A stretch of DNA of 64,000 nt. It comes from Eledone cirrhosa (lineage: Eukaryota). The notes under the pieces were generated by a model. It was not told the DNA's origin and made no database searches. It saw only the letters and a list, made by a program, of their open reading frames with translations. A program made the translations under genes and the position numbers. The stretch is from NCBI GenBank assembly GCA_964016885.1, contig OZ024743.1, forward strand, positions 325,996,001 through 326,060,000. The letters run 5' to 3'. Below are positions 28,688 to 41,100 of this stretch, piece by piece (the first letter of the stretch is position 1; each line of letters opens with the position of its first letter).

Positions 28688-28993
28688 CGACATTATTATT
28701 ATTATTAATATTATTATTATTATTCTCTACATTCCTTACATCAAACTAAAATATGTTGACAATCTTTTAATAATATCTTCCTTGTGAAATTTGTGGCCTT
28801 GTTTTGCTTAAGTAATGAATATTTCCAACTCTGCGCGCCTAACTTCTGCATAAACCCAGCCACCTAGCTGCCTTCCACTGCATATTGCACATTGAGCACA
28901 TGCCTTTACGCTTTGTCTTCTAACTAATTCACCAATCTCTCCTATCTTCTCTCCTATCTCCATCTCTCTCTTTAAGACTGGTTACTCTTGAAC

Positions 28994-29042
<49 letters not shown>

Positions 29043-29048
29043 GTACCG

Positions 29049-29083
<35 letters not shown>

Positions 29084-29089
29084 GTACCG

Positions 29090-29128
<39 letters not shown>

Positions 29129-29133
29129 GTACC

Positions 29134-29185
<52 letters not shown>

Positions 29186-29563
29186 TACAACATTGTTCAC
29201 CGTGTCCTTCCTTCTTAAAGAGATAGAATGTGATTTGAGGGAGATTTAGTCACTATTTCTAAAATATAAGGTTACTGAGTAGAAGGTCTCTTGGCTCATA
29301 TTATAATTTAAGGTTGTTATTGCTGATTTTTTAACTCCAGATCAACTCTAATCGAGCAGACTTACGTTTCAAAGATATCCCAAACACGAAAACTCCGTCT
29401 TTCCAGGCATAGTTTATTTCGGATTACATTACCGAGTAAGTCCTTCATTAAGCAGAAAGTGTTTTAAAAAAAGCGAAGCTAATCGATTAGTTCATTTTAA
29501 TTCCAAGATGTGTCGGTACATTACGCACACACAGAGAGAGAGAGAGAGAGACACACACACACA

Positions 29564-29604
<41 letters not shown>

Positions 29605-29621
29605 GTATGTATGTATGTATG

Positions 29622-29681
<60 letters not shown>

Positions 29682-29781
29682 TGTGTGTGTGTGTGTAAAA
29701 GGTAAACAGAAATAACAAGACAATCGGTACAGTATATGGAAGGGATATATTAGGTTAACGCTTGATATAGCAGGAAAAGGG

Positions 29782-29817
29782 TCTTAACGTTTCGGACGCT
29801 AGTCCTTCATCGGAAGA
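29782..29817 (-). ncRNA. Minimal type-I hammerhead, family E (CCGATGA variant)
   Basis: Minus strand reads TCTT-CCGATGA-A-GGAC-TAGC-GTCC-GAA-ACGT-T-AAGA. Confidence 0.65.
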
Positions 29818-30041
29818 AAGAATGAGAAATAAGATAGATTGAGGGGACGGAGGTGTGTGGAGAGAGAGAGTGAGGGGGGTAGAGAGAAAGATAGTGAGAG
29901 AGTGTGAGATTGTGTATGAGATAGAGAGAGAAAAGAGTTAGAGAGAGATAGTTGCAGTACTGCTTCGAACAAATCGAATCCGAATCCGATGAAATACACG
30001 AAAAATCGTTTAGGACTTGTTAATCTTTTTGTTAAAGTAAC

Positions 30042-30169
<128 letters not shown>

Positions 30170-30181
30170 CGGGTACTTCCA

Positions 30182-30217
30182 TCTTCTGATGAAGGACTAG
30201 TGTCCGAAACGTTAAGA
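30182..30217 (+). ncRNA. Minimal type-I hammerhead, family E
   Basis: TCTT-CTGATGA-A-GGAC-TAGT-GTCC-GAA-ACGT-T-AAGA. Confidence 0.8.
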
Positions 30218-30469
30218 CACTTTTCTTACTATATCAAGCGTTAAAATAATATAACATATTTCTTCATTGTACTGTGTCGTTTGCTTTGTTATTTCTGTTT
30301 ACTTTTTTCATCTCTCTCTCTCTATGTATATTTTTTTTCCTTTTTCTACGAGTCACTTTTATATACCATTTACTAGGTTTGCCCTTTAGTCATATTCTAT
30401 CATATTCCATCATATTCTAAAGTGCTATATTGCCATCCAGTTTTTATATGTATTTCTGTTTCACTCTAG

Positions 30470-30633
30470 GTTTTGGTATTGGTGGTATGATCCACAGTGG
30501 TCTTCAGCTGGGACAGCATTTGCAAGTTATTGGTGGCTCGGGTGATTGTGATGGACTGATGCAAATTGTAAAACCGCTCTTACACTTGATTTTTACTTTT
30601 GTCCAACTTTACTTTGTATTTCTGAACCCTAAG
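30470..30633 (+). CDS. OTOP: Otopetrin exon, TM3-TM4 (GFGIGGMIHSGL...IFTFVQLYFVFLNPK)
   Basis: CTCTAG| acceptor and AAG|GTAAAC donor. FGxG and FxFxQxYFxF motifs. Phases are consistent with neighbours. Confidence 0.93.
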
Positions 30634-33424
30634 GTAAACTATTTCGATTTACAGATTTCGTTTGTTTTTAATGTTTTAAATTATCAAATCATATAATCAC
30701 ATGTAATTATTTTAACTGTTTTCTTCTAGATGTTGTTATTGTTTAGCTACAGGTTGGCATTAATTGAGCAAGCCTATAACCAAAGGCGTTCCAACAGTGG
30801 CCATTCCATCTTATTTTCAAACATATAGTATTTAGAACTACATTATTCGATGTATCTTTTGGTAGTGTGGGATTTAATGGAGAATTGACTGCTATCTCTA
30901 GCAAATCGAGCGCCCACATAGAAGATTTTACGTTATTGTATGTAAATGAATAACTGGAGTATATGGAATCCATGGCAGTTTCGACTAAATATGATGTAAC
31001 CGTTGGTGTAGTATGTCAAGTCACTAGCGAGTGCTATTGAAAACATGTAACCCAATACAAACCATTACAGGGTTGGGTCTTCGGCGACTAGATTAGTACC
31101 TTTTTCAGGATTGCCTGCTGAGGATAGTTTGCAGAAACCCAGTGAAAGTCATGCAAATACTTGAGTTGGTGACCGATTAATCGATCCCTAGTTCTACTCA
31201 GAACAACCCTCTAGGAGATGAAAAAACTCCAAATTCAAAGACTCCACTTCCTAGCAGCTAAAACCGTGGCATATTGATAGATCTCCAACTAAGCGTCAGA
31301 TAGATTCACTGTGCCCTGACTGAAGGGATATGTCACGAATGTTGGGGAAAACAATTAATCAAAAACAATTTTATTTATTATTTATTTATTTTTTAATTTA
31401 ATGAATTTAAACGTCCCTATAGAACTAATAAGCCATGACAGACAGTGAGAGGTATCTACTACATCTTATAATTAAGAAACAAAGACGAGAGTCAGAGAGA
31501 GAGAAAACAAGAAAGAAAGTGAAGGAAAACGGAAGGCAAAAGAAGCATAAATAAGAAAAAAGTGGAAAACAAGAACAACTATAAAGCAGCTAAAAACTTC
31601 TGTTGTTGAACTTTTTCGTAGCTTCCATGTACTGAAAGATCTTGGTTATGACTGATAGATCCTTGATAATATATTGCACCTCCAGTCTTATATAATTTTC
31701 CTGAAGATCAGCTTCAAGATGTCCTCCTCTCAGATTGATAGTTTTTACATTGCAGCAAATAGTAGCATAGATTTTCTGGATAGAAGTGATTCTATACGAC
31801 CTGTTCGTGATTAAATATAGTTCAAGGGTATACGGCCCGTTTGAAGCCAACATAGCTGTTGTTTATTAACATTATTCAGTGGCTGATACATTTTCAACGT
31901 TGATACGTCTGCCTTATATAATGAAAGATTGAAATTTAAGAGCTTATCTCTAGATTCTTCCCCAGTTTTCTTTCACCGTTGACTAATTATGTCATAGTTT
32001 TCTCCTTTCCAGACCCTCTTTAGGGTCTCGGAATACGCTGGAATAACGTTACTCGATAGAGTGCGTAGCTCGGAGATCAGAGGGTCACTCCAGGTAGAGC
32101 CGCTACTTCTCCGAATTAAGAAGTCACATATTCCTGAGAGTGTCGTGGGGGCAGAGTCCTCAAATACTTCTTCCGGTGAGTCATGTCAGAAGCAACCATC
32201 TTCAACTGATACAACTGGATCCCCAAGCGAGACCAGTCAAGGTCATGGATCTTGTCCAACCATTTTGCTCGGGGTCTACCTCCATGTCTGCTGCTGGTGG
32301 TTTTGTCCGTAAAATCTGTCCAGTGATTTTTCCTGAGACATTCTAACCGGATGCCCGTAGGAGAAACCCCATTTCAGCCGCTTGTATTCGACATGCGACT
32401 GGTTAAATTAACTTATAAGTAGCTGAGTATTCCACTGACAATTGTACCCTTAACGTAATCCTCAAGCAGAATTATCGTGAATTTAGGCCTTTGAAATATA
32501 GATACTGTCAATCCGACGGTCTTCCACAAGGCTTAGGTCGATCAAAGGCTAGTGTAAAGGACATTTTCTCAAGATGCTATGCAGTAGTATCGAACCTGGA
32601 ACCTCGTGGTTGCGGAGCGAACTTCGTAACTGCTCAGCCACTCCGATGATTACTGGATAAATTATATCAAGATAAGTCTAATAAATCAATCGAAATATGT
32701 GGAGAGATGTATGTTGATATGACAATACAAATAAGCATATGTAAAGATTATCAGAGGAGAGCTCATAGACGACAGTTAGTTGATTTGCTGTGAAGCGTGT
32801 TAAGTCTATCGTTTAAGACCTAGGTCTATCGTTTAAGAACCAATACTAGAGGGAAATTTTATTAATAGGTAAATGATAATGAGATAAGAAAAAATGTAAC
32901 AAAATATACTCTCCTCTGTAAAAATTGGAATATTTTCTCGACAACGAAACTTAATTTTTATAATTCAAACAGGCAAGGGTAGTACGTCAAGAAGTAAACT
33001 TTTACGATGGTGTATCAATCGTTAATTGTAACCAGCCAAATGGTTTAGAAGTTCGCTTCGCAATCATTTGGACCCGAGTTTGATCCTTGGAAAAGTGTCC
33101 TTTATGAGTCTCGGATCGACGCATACTTTGTGAGTGAAATTGAGTAGACGGAAACTGTTTGGAAGCCCGTCGATTTGGGTTTAACCTGTAATTCAAGAGC
33201 CAATCTTTTCACACACTCTGATACGCTGAATTTCCTCGAGAATTACATTATAGGTACACGTGTCCTTGGAATGCTTGTTAATTTCAGGAGCGGGTTGTTC
33301 TGTTGATTGAACAACTAGAACACTCATCATCGAAACTTACGGAGATCCATTCTATTCCATAATGTCGTTGAAAAACGCCTAGACTTACTATTTTCCTCTC
33401 ATCGTTTACTTTTGTTTACCACAG

Positions 33425-33752
33425 GTTTGCATCCATCGCTACAAGACTTTGGCTCGGTTCGGATTAATGCATATGTGCGGCACCAATATTTGTGTCTGGT
33501 TTCGTAACATCGTAGTGGAGACATTACATGAGATGCATTCTGGGATTGCTCATTCTTCGAACGGACATACCAGCCATACTCACGATCGTCTGATTGTTGA
33601 ATATCACCAAATCAATCACACAACACATCCCAGCGTCCATATGCAAACAGTTCATCAGGTTAAAAGCATACATCACGTAGAACATTCTCACAACGCGTCT
33701 GCTCTGGTTCATTCTAATCACATTGAGAATGTATCTTCCCAAATAATTGCCG
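33425..33752 (+). CDS. OTOP: Otopetrin exon, TM5 plus His-rich TM5-TM6 loop
   Basis: ACAG| acceptor and G|GTAATT donor. ARFGLMHxxxTNxCVW...ET motif. Confidence 0.93.
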
Positions 33753-34025
33753 GTAATTGTGGACAATTTTTTGTCTTTATTATTTTCCTTTGAAAAGGGC
33801 GATGGATTGGCAGTATCGGTAGAGGGTCGGATGCCATGCTTTCCAGCATAGTTATGTCCCTTTATGGTCTGAGTTCAAATCCTGCCGAGGTTAACTTTGC
33901 CTTTCATCCTTACGGGGTCGATAAAATAAAGTACCAGTAATGCACTGGGTAATTGCTGGCCTTGTGCCAAATGTAGAAACAATTATTTTCCTTTGAACTT
34001 TTTTTAATGTTTTTATGACCAGTAA

Positions 34026-34215
34026 CAGACCTGCCAACCTCTAAAAACCTATAAAAAAAACTATAAAAAAGGCTTCAAGGCGGGGAGAAATGAGGCAAAA
34101 TTGGGAGATTTTACATAATGAAAGCTATACCCATTTTCACAAGAGAAGATATCTTTCACCCACCTCAAAGTTGGTGAAAGATCTCCTCGTCGGACAGAGA
34201 GAGTTGACAGGTCTG
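34026..34215. mobile_element. MITE with CAGACCTG TIRs and 6-bp TSD; related copy at ~47581-47783
   Basis: CAGTAA|CAGACCTGCCAAC ... GTTGACAGGTCTG|CAGTAA. Confidence 0.75.
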
Positions 34216-35760
34216 CAGTAATATATTGAACTTGTTGCTGTACGTGGACTTAGCATGACTGAACGATTAAGGATAGTCAATGCTGAAATATTACTGCGTT
34301 TATTAATAAGACGCTTGTATGGTTCTGATGGAAGTGTTATAGACTATATGTGTTGAGGTATTTCGTTTCATCTTATAGTATTTTTTAACCTCAAATCTGA
34401 CAAAGTACTAGTAATATACTGAGTTGATTTAGTCAAAATATCTAATTTCTCTATAAAGTGCTTAAAACACCGAAACAGTATATATTTCAAATTAAACAGG
34501 CATAGAGTGTGAAATTTAAAACATCAATGTTGTTGAATTATTGCAGTGATATATTTGTTATATATAATTTATATAGAGAGAATGAACTGGTTTCGACAAT
34601 GAATATTCCAGTTGTTCGATCAACGGAACAGTCTGCTTATGAAATTAACGTGTAAGTGGCTGAGCATTCCATAGACATGTGTACTCTTAACGTAATTCTC
34701 AAGGAAACTTAGCGGGATACAGTATGTGCTATGACTATTCCTTTGAATTACATGTACAATAATCCGACAGGCTACTAAGCATTTTCCGTCTACCCAATTT
34801 TACTCACAAGGCGTAAGTCAACCCGAGGTTATAGTAAATGACACATGCTCAAGATGCCATGCAGTGGGGTCTAAGTTGGGACCTAATAATGTCGAAGTGA
34901 ATTACTTAACCATTCGGCCAAGCCACGTCCTTTGTCCTTTGTCTAAGGATAACCAATGGATTTTTTATTCCTTGTCTTCCTCTTACCAGTTTCGAAAATT
35001 CTACAAAGAGTTGTGGGTTCTCTCCTTGCTCCTCTGACTCATCCACAAAAATATCAATAGACTTGTAGTGCAAATGTAGGAACGGGCAATTGGAAGACCT
35101 ATTTAATAGACACAGTCTATTAAATAACAAGCAAGGAAAACTACATACAAAAGAAAATCTCTTTATAATTAAACTATATAAGATTAATCAAATAATACCG
35201 TGTAGAAACATTAACATACTCAAATAATCCAACATTTGGATTGGCAGTACCGGTAGAGCATCAGACACCATACTTTGCAGCATAGAGTTATGGCCCTTTA
35301 CGTTCTGAGTTCAAATCGCTCCGTGGTTGGCTTTGCCTTTCATCCTTACGGGGTCGATAAAATAAAGTACCAGTGATGCACTGGGGTCGATTTAATCGGC
35401 TCTCCCCTCCTTCCCTCCCTCCCTTCAAATTGCTGGCATTGAGCCAAATGTAGAAACGATTAATTACAAGGAAAATAATGTAGTGTGTACATTTTCTTTT
35501 GATTATTTTTGCTCAAGTATTAATGAATGCAAGGTCGAATGATAAATAAATACCTTATGAAAATATAATTTTATTGTATCCAGAATTGTTGGCAGGAATA
35601 ACTTGCAAAGTTACAAATCAACAGCATAGATTCGGGAGAGTGTGTGTTCAATGAACAAGGCAGATTCATCTGAAAGTGGAAGGAGACTATTCTGTAGATT
35701 CTTTGTGGGTTGTTAATCTAATGATCTTTTTTTAATTTCTTTTCATGCTTTTCTCTAAAG

Positions 35761-35916
35761 CTTTGGTCAGCCCTGTGGATGCTCATGACTCCGCGAATGC
35801 TTTAAATGCACATCCCGACGTCAACTGCTATTGGAATAAAATGATGGGAAAAGTAGTGGAACAAGCAGGACCTTATCTTTATCCTTGCAGTATTGAATAC
35901 AGTCTTATTTGTGCCG
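35761..35916 (+). CDS. OTOP: Otopetrin exon, end of loop plus TM6 (PYLYPCSIEYSLICA)
   Basis: Polypyrimidine tract ending CTAAAG| and G|GTAAGT donor. YLYPxxIEYSL is a signature otopetrin motif. Confidence 0.93.
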
Positions 35917-37027
35917 GTAAGTCATCAGCTCATTAATTCCCTGGCTTCTAGTGTGTGTTGGACCTCCGTCGGTTTCGACAACGAATGTTCCAGTCGATTT
36001 GATTAACGCTCGTGAAATTAGCGGTCAAGTGACATTCCACAGACATATATACTCAAAATGTATTTCTCAGGGTGATACGGCTGGCGCACTGCATTGGAGC
36101 ACTGGGAAATAAATTGTGCTGCTGAAGAACACTATGCACAGTCGGGAATTGAACTCACAACTTTACGATCGTGAGCCGAACACCTTAACTACTAGGCCAC
36201 GTGCCTCGTCACTCACTTTCAGTATATAATAATTACAAGGACCCTTAATCTTAACCGAAACATTTTATCTATCTGTTTCCATTTTGCAGTAAACTTAATC
36301 CATGATCCGGTTAACCACCACCACGTCTTTGGGAGCCTTTAGTGGGGATAAATGCAATATCTTACTGCATTTCTTCGTACTCTAGCAACACATAAACATT
36401 CCTTTCTTACTTCCTATGCTGGGTCCGTCAACTTATATATATATAGAGAGAGAGAGGTGGGTAGAGAGAGTGGAGAAGTGACTCACTAGTTGATATATAT
36501 TAAGAAAATAAGAAACAGTAGAAAATGCTAATCGAATTTTATCATGGAAAAACAGAAAAACATTTTTTTTAAAGTTACAACTAACTTTTTTTAAATGTTC
36601 TTTTTTAAAAATGTTCTGTTAACTTTAAAAAAATGTGTTTCTTTTACATGATAAAATTCTATTAGCATTTTCTACTGTTTCTTATTTTCTTAATATATAT
36701 ATAAATTAGTCAGTAATATACATTACATTTTAATGAATGATATCACTTAGAATATAATTCAGGGAAGCTTATAAATACAAATATAGAAATATCTCAAATA
36801 AGGCTCAGAAAACTATCTTATTTCATTAAGATGGCAAATTGTGTTACTTTGGCTTGTGAAACATCAGTAAGGCGAAGAATTTGCTAAACCTTCTAGATTT
36901 AGGTCGCTTGACAAGAAGTTTACTACTGGGTGAGACGTCTATAAGGTTTCTTTATTTTAAAGTACTTTGCTGCCTGCGATCTTCCCTTTGGTTAATTCTG
37001 ACCCTTATTTGAAATAGTTCTATATTA

Positions 37028-37058
<31 letters not shown>

Positions 37059-37327
37059 CAAATATAAATTAGCGAGAATCGCATTTCGGCTATTGGAAAT
37101 TAGCGAAAAACAACTTCCGAGATGTGTGGTAAGCGATCCATAGAAACGAGTGAACTAGAGCAACAACATACGTTAAAAGGCCAAACACACTGAGACGATG
37201 GTTAAACCATTATCCGCAAAGCCATAGAAACGACCAAGCTTATATATATATAGTGAAAAATTGAACAGGAACAAAACAGAGAGGCAGTACGAACAAAGGT
37301 TTATTAATTTCACGCTCTTGAGAGTGG

Positions 37328-37373
<46 letters not shown>

Positions 37374-37408
37374 TTATAAGAATCAAAATTCTGTTCAAAT
37401 CATTTATA

Positions 37409-37455
37409 TGCCTACAATTGTTTCCTCCAAACCGAGGTTTGGATTCTTCGGAGCA
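37409..37455 (-). ncRNA. Minimal type-I hammerhead, family D
   Basis: Minus strand reads TGCT-CCGAAGA-A-TCCAAACCTCGGTTTGGA-G-GAA-ACAATTGT-A-GGCA. Confidence 0.75.
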
Positions 37456-37760
37456 ATTTATTAATGAATGATCATATATATGACCTCCTTTTCAACCCAA
37501 GAGACATACAGATACATATGCATATACTGTTGCTTGGTGGGTCGACATCCATTATAACATTTAGCGTGGCAGTATACATCTAAAGATTACAACATATATA
37601 TAACTGCTCTGTAAAACAACTGATGTTATTACATTTAGCTATTTATCTTACTGGTAATAAGGTAGTAATATATTACTGCCTATCACTATTTAGGGTTTGT
37701 AAAAATATATATAACTACAAAAGGTTTTTGTATATGCATAACCATAAATAGTATCCTTAA

Positions 37761-37907
<147 letters not shown>

Positions 37908-38115
37908 TAAAAAAAGCGGTGGATTAGCAGTATCGGTAGAGGGTCGGACGCCATGCTTTCCAGCATAGTTACGTCCCTTTACGTTCTGAGTTCAAATCCC
38001 GCCGAGGTTGGCTTTGCCTTTCATCCTTACGGGGTCGATAAAATAAAGTGCCAGTAATGCACTGGATATTTGCTGGCCTTGTGCCTAAAGTAGAAACAAT
38101 TATTTATAAAAGGCA

Positions 38116-41100
38116 CAATATGTATGTCTGGGAAGGACACACGCGTGAAACTTGCTGAGTAAGTTCTGCTTAAATTTCTATAGAAATTCTTGACTGTAAA
38201 CCTTCATTTTTGTACCATTTTGTAGAGGGACTGCCAGGTCAAATTTTGATCTGGTCAGTCTCACAAATTATTCTACGCCTTTAGGCGAAATTGTGTTGAA
38301 AAAAAAATTTTATCTTTCGAAAAATTTCCTTCTTTGATAAAATGGCTGAAGCAGCTTCACCAACATTCAAAGAAAGAAAAGGGAAGCTAAACTCACAGCT
38401 TCCCCCTGCCACTGGCACAGCAGCAGATGCCAAAGGCAGAGGTCAGCCAGAGGTAGAACTTTCTCCACCTGCTGACCGACAACTTGATGTAGCCACAACG
38501 ACACAAGAAACCGAAAACAACAACAACAACTACGACAACAACAGCAACAATAAAGACAACAAAAACAACAACACCAACAACAATGATAACAACAACACCA
38601 CCAACTACAACAGCAACACAAACAAGGAAAAGGTCTCCTTCGCCCAGACAGCAAGGAAAACCCTCGACAATCTGCCAGTAGATATAAGCAAAGCGAAGGA
38701 ACTACTGGCAGATGCCAAAAAATACATAGTGTACGGGGAAAATGGATCATTTTCGATCCACTCCCACCCCCACCCCCCTGGAACTAAAAAGCCAGAGACT
38801 CCTAAACACTGTCATGTTTAGGACAGTCTCAAACAAAAGCAAAAAGCCAGCTCAACCATCACAGAGTGAGATAGAGCTGGTTTTAAAAGATGTCATGAAA
38901 GACATCATATTCATTCAGAAGGATAAACTCTACGGGAGTCTATCCATTCTCATGAAGTACAGGGACACAGCAGCGAAACTGTCAATAAAACCAATCACAT
39001 CCACCGCATATACCTTCTACCCTACGTACATGGGTAGAAGGACACAAAAAATAAAAATTCACACCATCCTTCCGATTATGGACATATGGTGGGTATTGAC
39101 AGGTTTCCTGGACCTAGACGATGACACACTAATATCCATGGGAAAGGCATCGGGTGACGCGTTCAGTGGAACGGGCCTCGAACTTGTAGTTCAAATGAGG
39201 CCCGAAAGGATCGCCCAGATCCCTGAACGCGTCATACTGGATGAACAAACTTTTATCAACATTACCGTTGAGGGTAGGCGGCCCTCGTGTTACCTCTGTG
39301 GAGCCAGAGGTCATCTGAGGGCTGTCTGTCCTCAACTTAAAAAGAAAACCCCAATCCTGCCTACACCACCAACAACTGCACAACCAACACAATCACCACA
39401 ACCACCACTACAAAAACAACAACCACAGCTCAAACCAAAACAAAACACTGTCCAACCCATCCCCCCACTCAAAAAAAAACAATTTCCAAAACACCCGCAC
39501 CGCAAACACAACCCGAAAATCTACCCCTCCCCTCCAACGCGGAAGATGACCCTCGTTCGTCGTCAGACGAGGAGGAGCACTTCCACACAATGAAAAGAAA
39601 AAAAGAAAACACAACTCAAACACACAAATGAAAACAACCCCTCCCCAAAACATAACACAGACACCAACACAAAAGAGCACACAACAACAACAAACAAAAA
39701 ACACCACACAAAAACAAAAACATGCATACACATACATAAACACAAGAAATAAAAAACTGCTAAACATTGTATATAACAACAATTTAGTAAAAACCCAAGG
39801 GCCTAACTTCACCCAGGCAGGGGTTTTCCCCCACCTCAAAATGATTAAGGCCCCAGAGGACACATATAAAACACTAAAAAACAACTTTAAAGAGAACGTG
39901 GGCCCCCGCCCCTGTGTCGGGCCCATTAACCACGTCCTCCTAAAAAACTTCCCCACCCCCTCCCTAAACACCCACACAACTCCAAACACCCCAACCACAC
40001 AACACACTGATGCCCCTACACTTCCACAAACCACCACCCCGCCCAACAACCCATCCTCCACCCTCATGGAAATCGTGTAGCCCGATACCCGGGACGCAGA
40101 GAGGTAAGTGCCTTTTCTCTTCACCACCAACATGGCTATGCTAAGAGTAGGCTGTCTAAATGAGCGTGGCCTGGGCTCAACTTGGAAGCAAGCAATGCTT
40201 CTAAATGACCTCAGGTCACAGCGTATAGATGTGATGGTTATTTGCGAGGCCTGGATCAGCAACCTGCGACAGCTGGCCCCACCTTTGATGACTTTGAGAT
40301 GCACGCATCTCTCTGTCAGCCCGGAGGTTGTCGTTCTGCTGCAAAAACATCTGGGTCTCGCAACACAGACGGTACATTTGGACCCGGAGGATCGACTAGT
40401 GGTTCTGGACCTTGGCAGTGGTGAAGGCGGAGCGTTTAGGCTGGTAGCCGTCTATGGCCCTTTCGGGTCAACGCGACCGGACTTCTTCCATCGTCTGGAG
40501 ACTTTTCTAGGGACGTCCCGCTCCTTGCTATTAGTGGGGGACTGGAATGGTATCCTAGATGTACGTTGAGACTACGTAGGGGCCTGTCCCGATAGAGAGG
40601 GTTGTAACAACCTCAAAGGGTTAATCGGTCGATTTGACCTGGCCGCTAGATATCGACTAGATTTTCCGACTGCGCCAACCTGGACTCGGGAAAACCGCGG
40701 CGGATAATCTAGGTCGTACCTAGATAGGTTCTTAGTTAGAAATAAGGATAAGGACTGTTTAAGTTGTCCAAAAATGCTCATGGTTGGCTATTCAGACCAC
40801 AAGTTAGTGACCTGCATAGTCAACCTTGACAGAACGCATAGACAGGGACCCGGTTACTGGAAGCTCAACTTGTCCTTACCGGCAAGTAAGGCTTACAGGG
40901 ACCGGGTTAACACTTTAGTTAAGGAGCGGTTGACGGGCGCCATCGTCAACAGCAGGTGGTGTGGATCTCTCAAAAGAGAGATTAGAGTAGTCTCTATAGA
41001 ATTTAGTAAGGAGTTAGCCTCAAATAGAAATAGGAAGGAAAGGGAATTGGTAGACAGTGTAGAAGAGGCAATTAGAAGCGGCGACGTGGCCAGAGTGCTA

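Larger units (their letters stand above)
26001..28990 (-). mobile_element. 5'-truncated Penelope-like element with ~960-bp inverted duplication
   Basis: Minus-strand remnants (EEIF...YNKAL..SGY; CNC..CPL; YIGST; FKVRYNAH; CDLC) fit a GIY-YIG endonuclease region. 26001-26959 is the inverse of 27863-28822. Confidence 0.88.

Noticed and set aside
36820-36880. Possible decayed hammerhead (TAAGATGGC...GAAACATCAGTA)
   Set aside because: The core and the palindrome are both broken.
39408-40304. 298-aa minus-strand ORF
   Set aside because: Antisense shadow of the A/C-rich LINE region.
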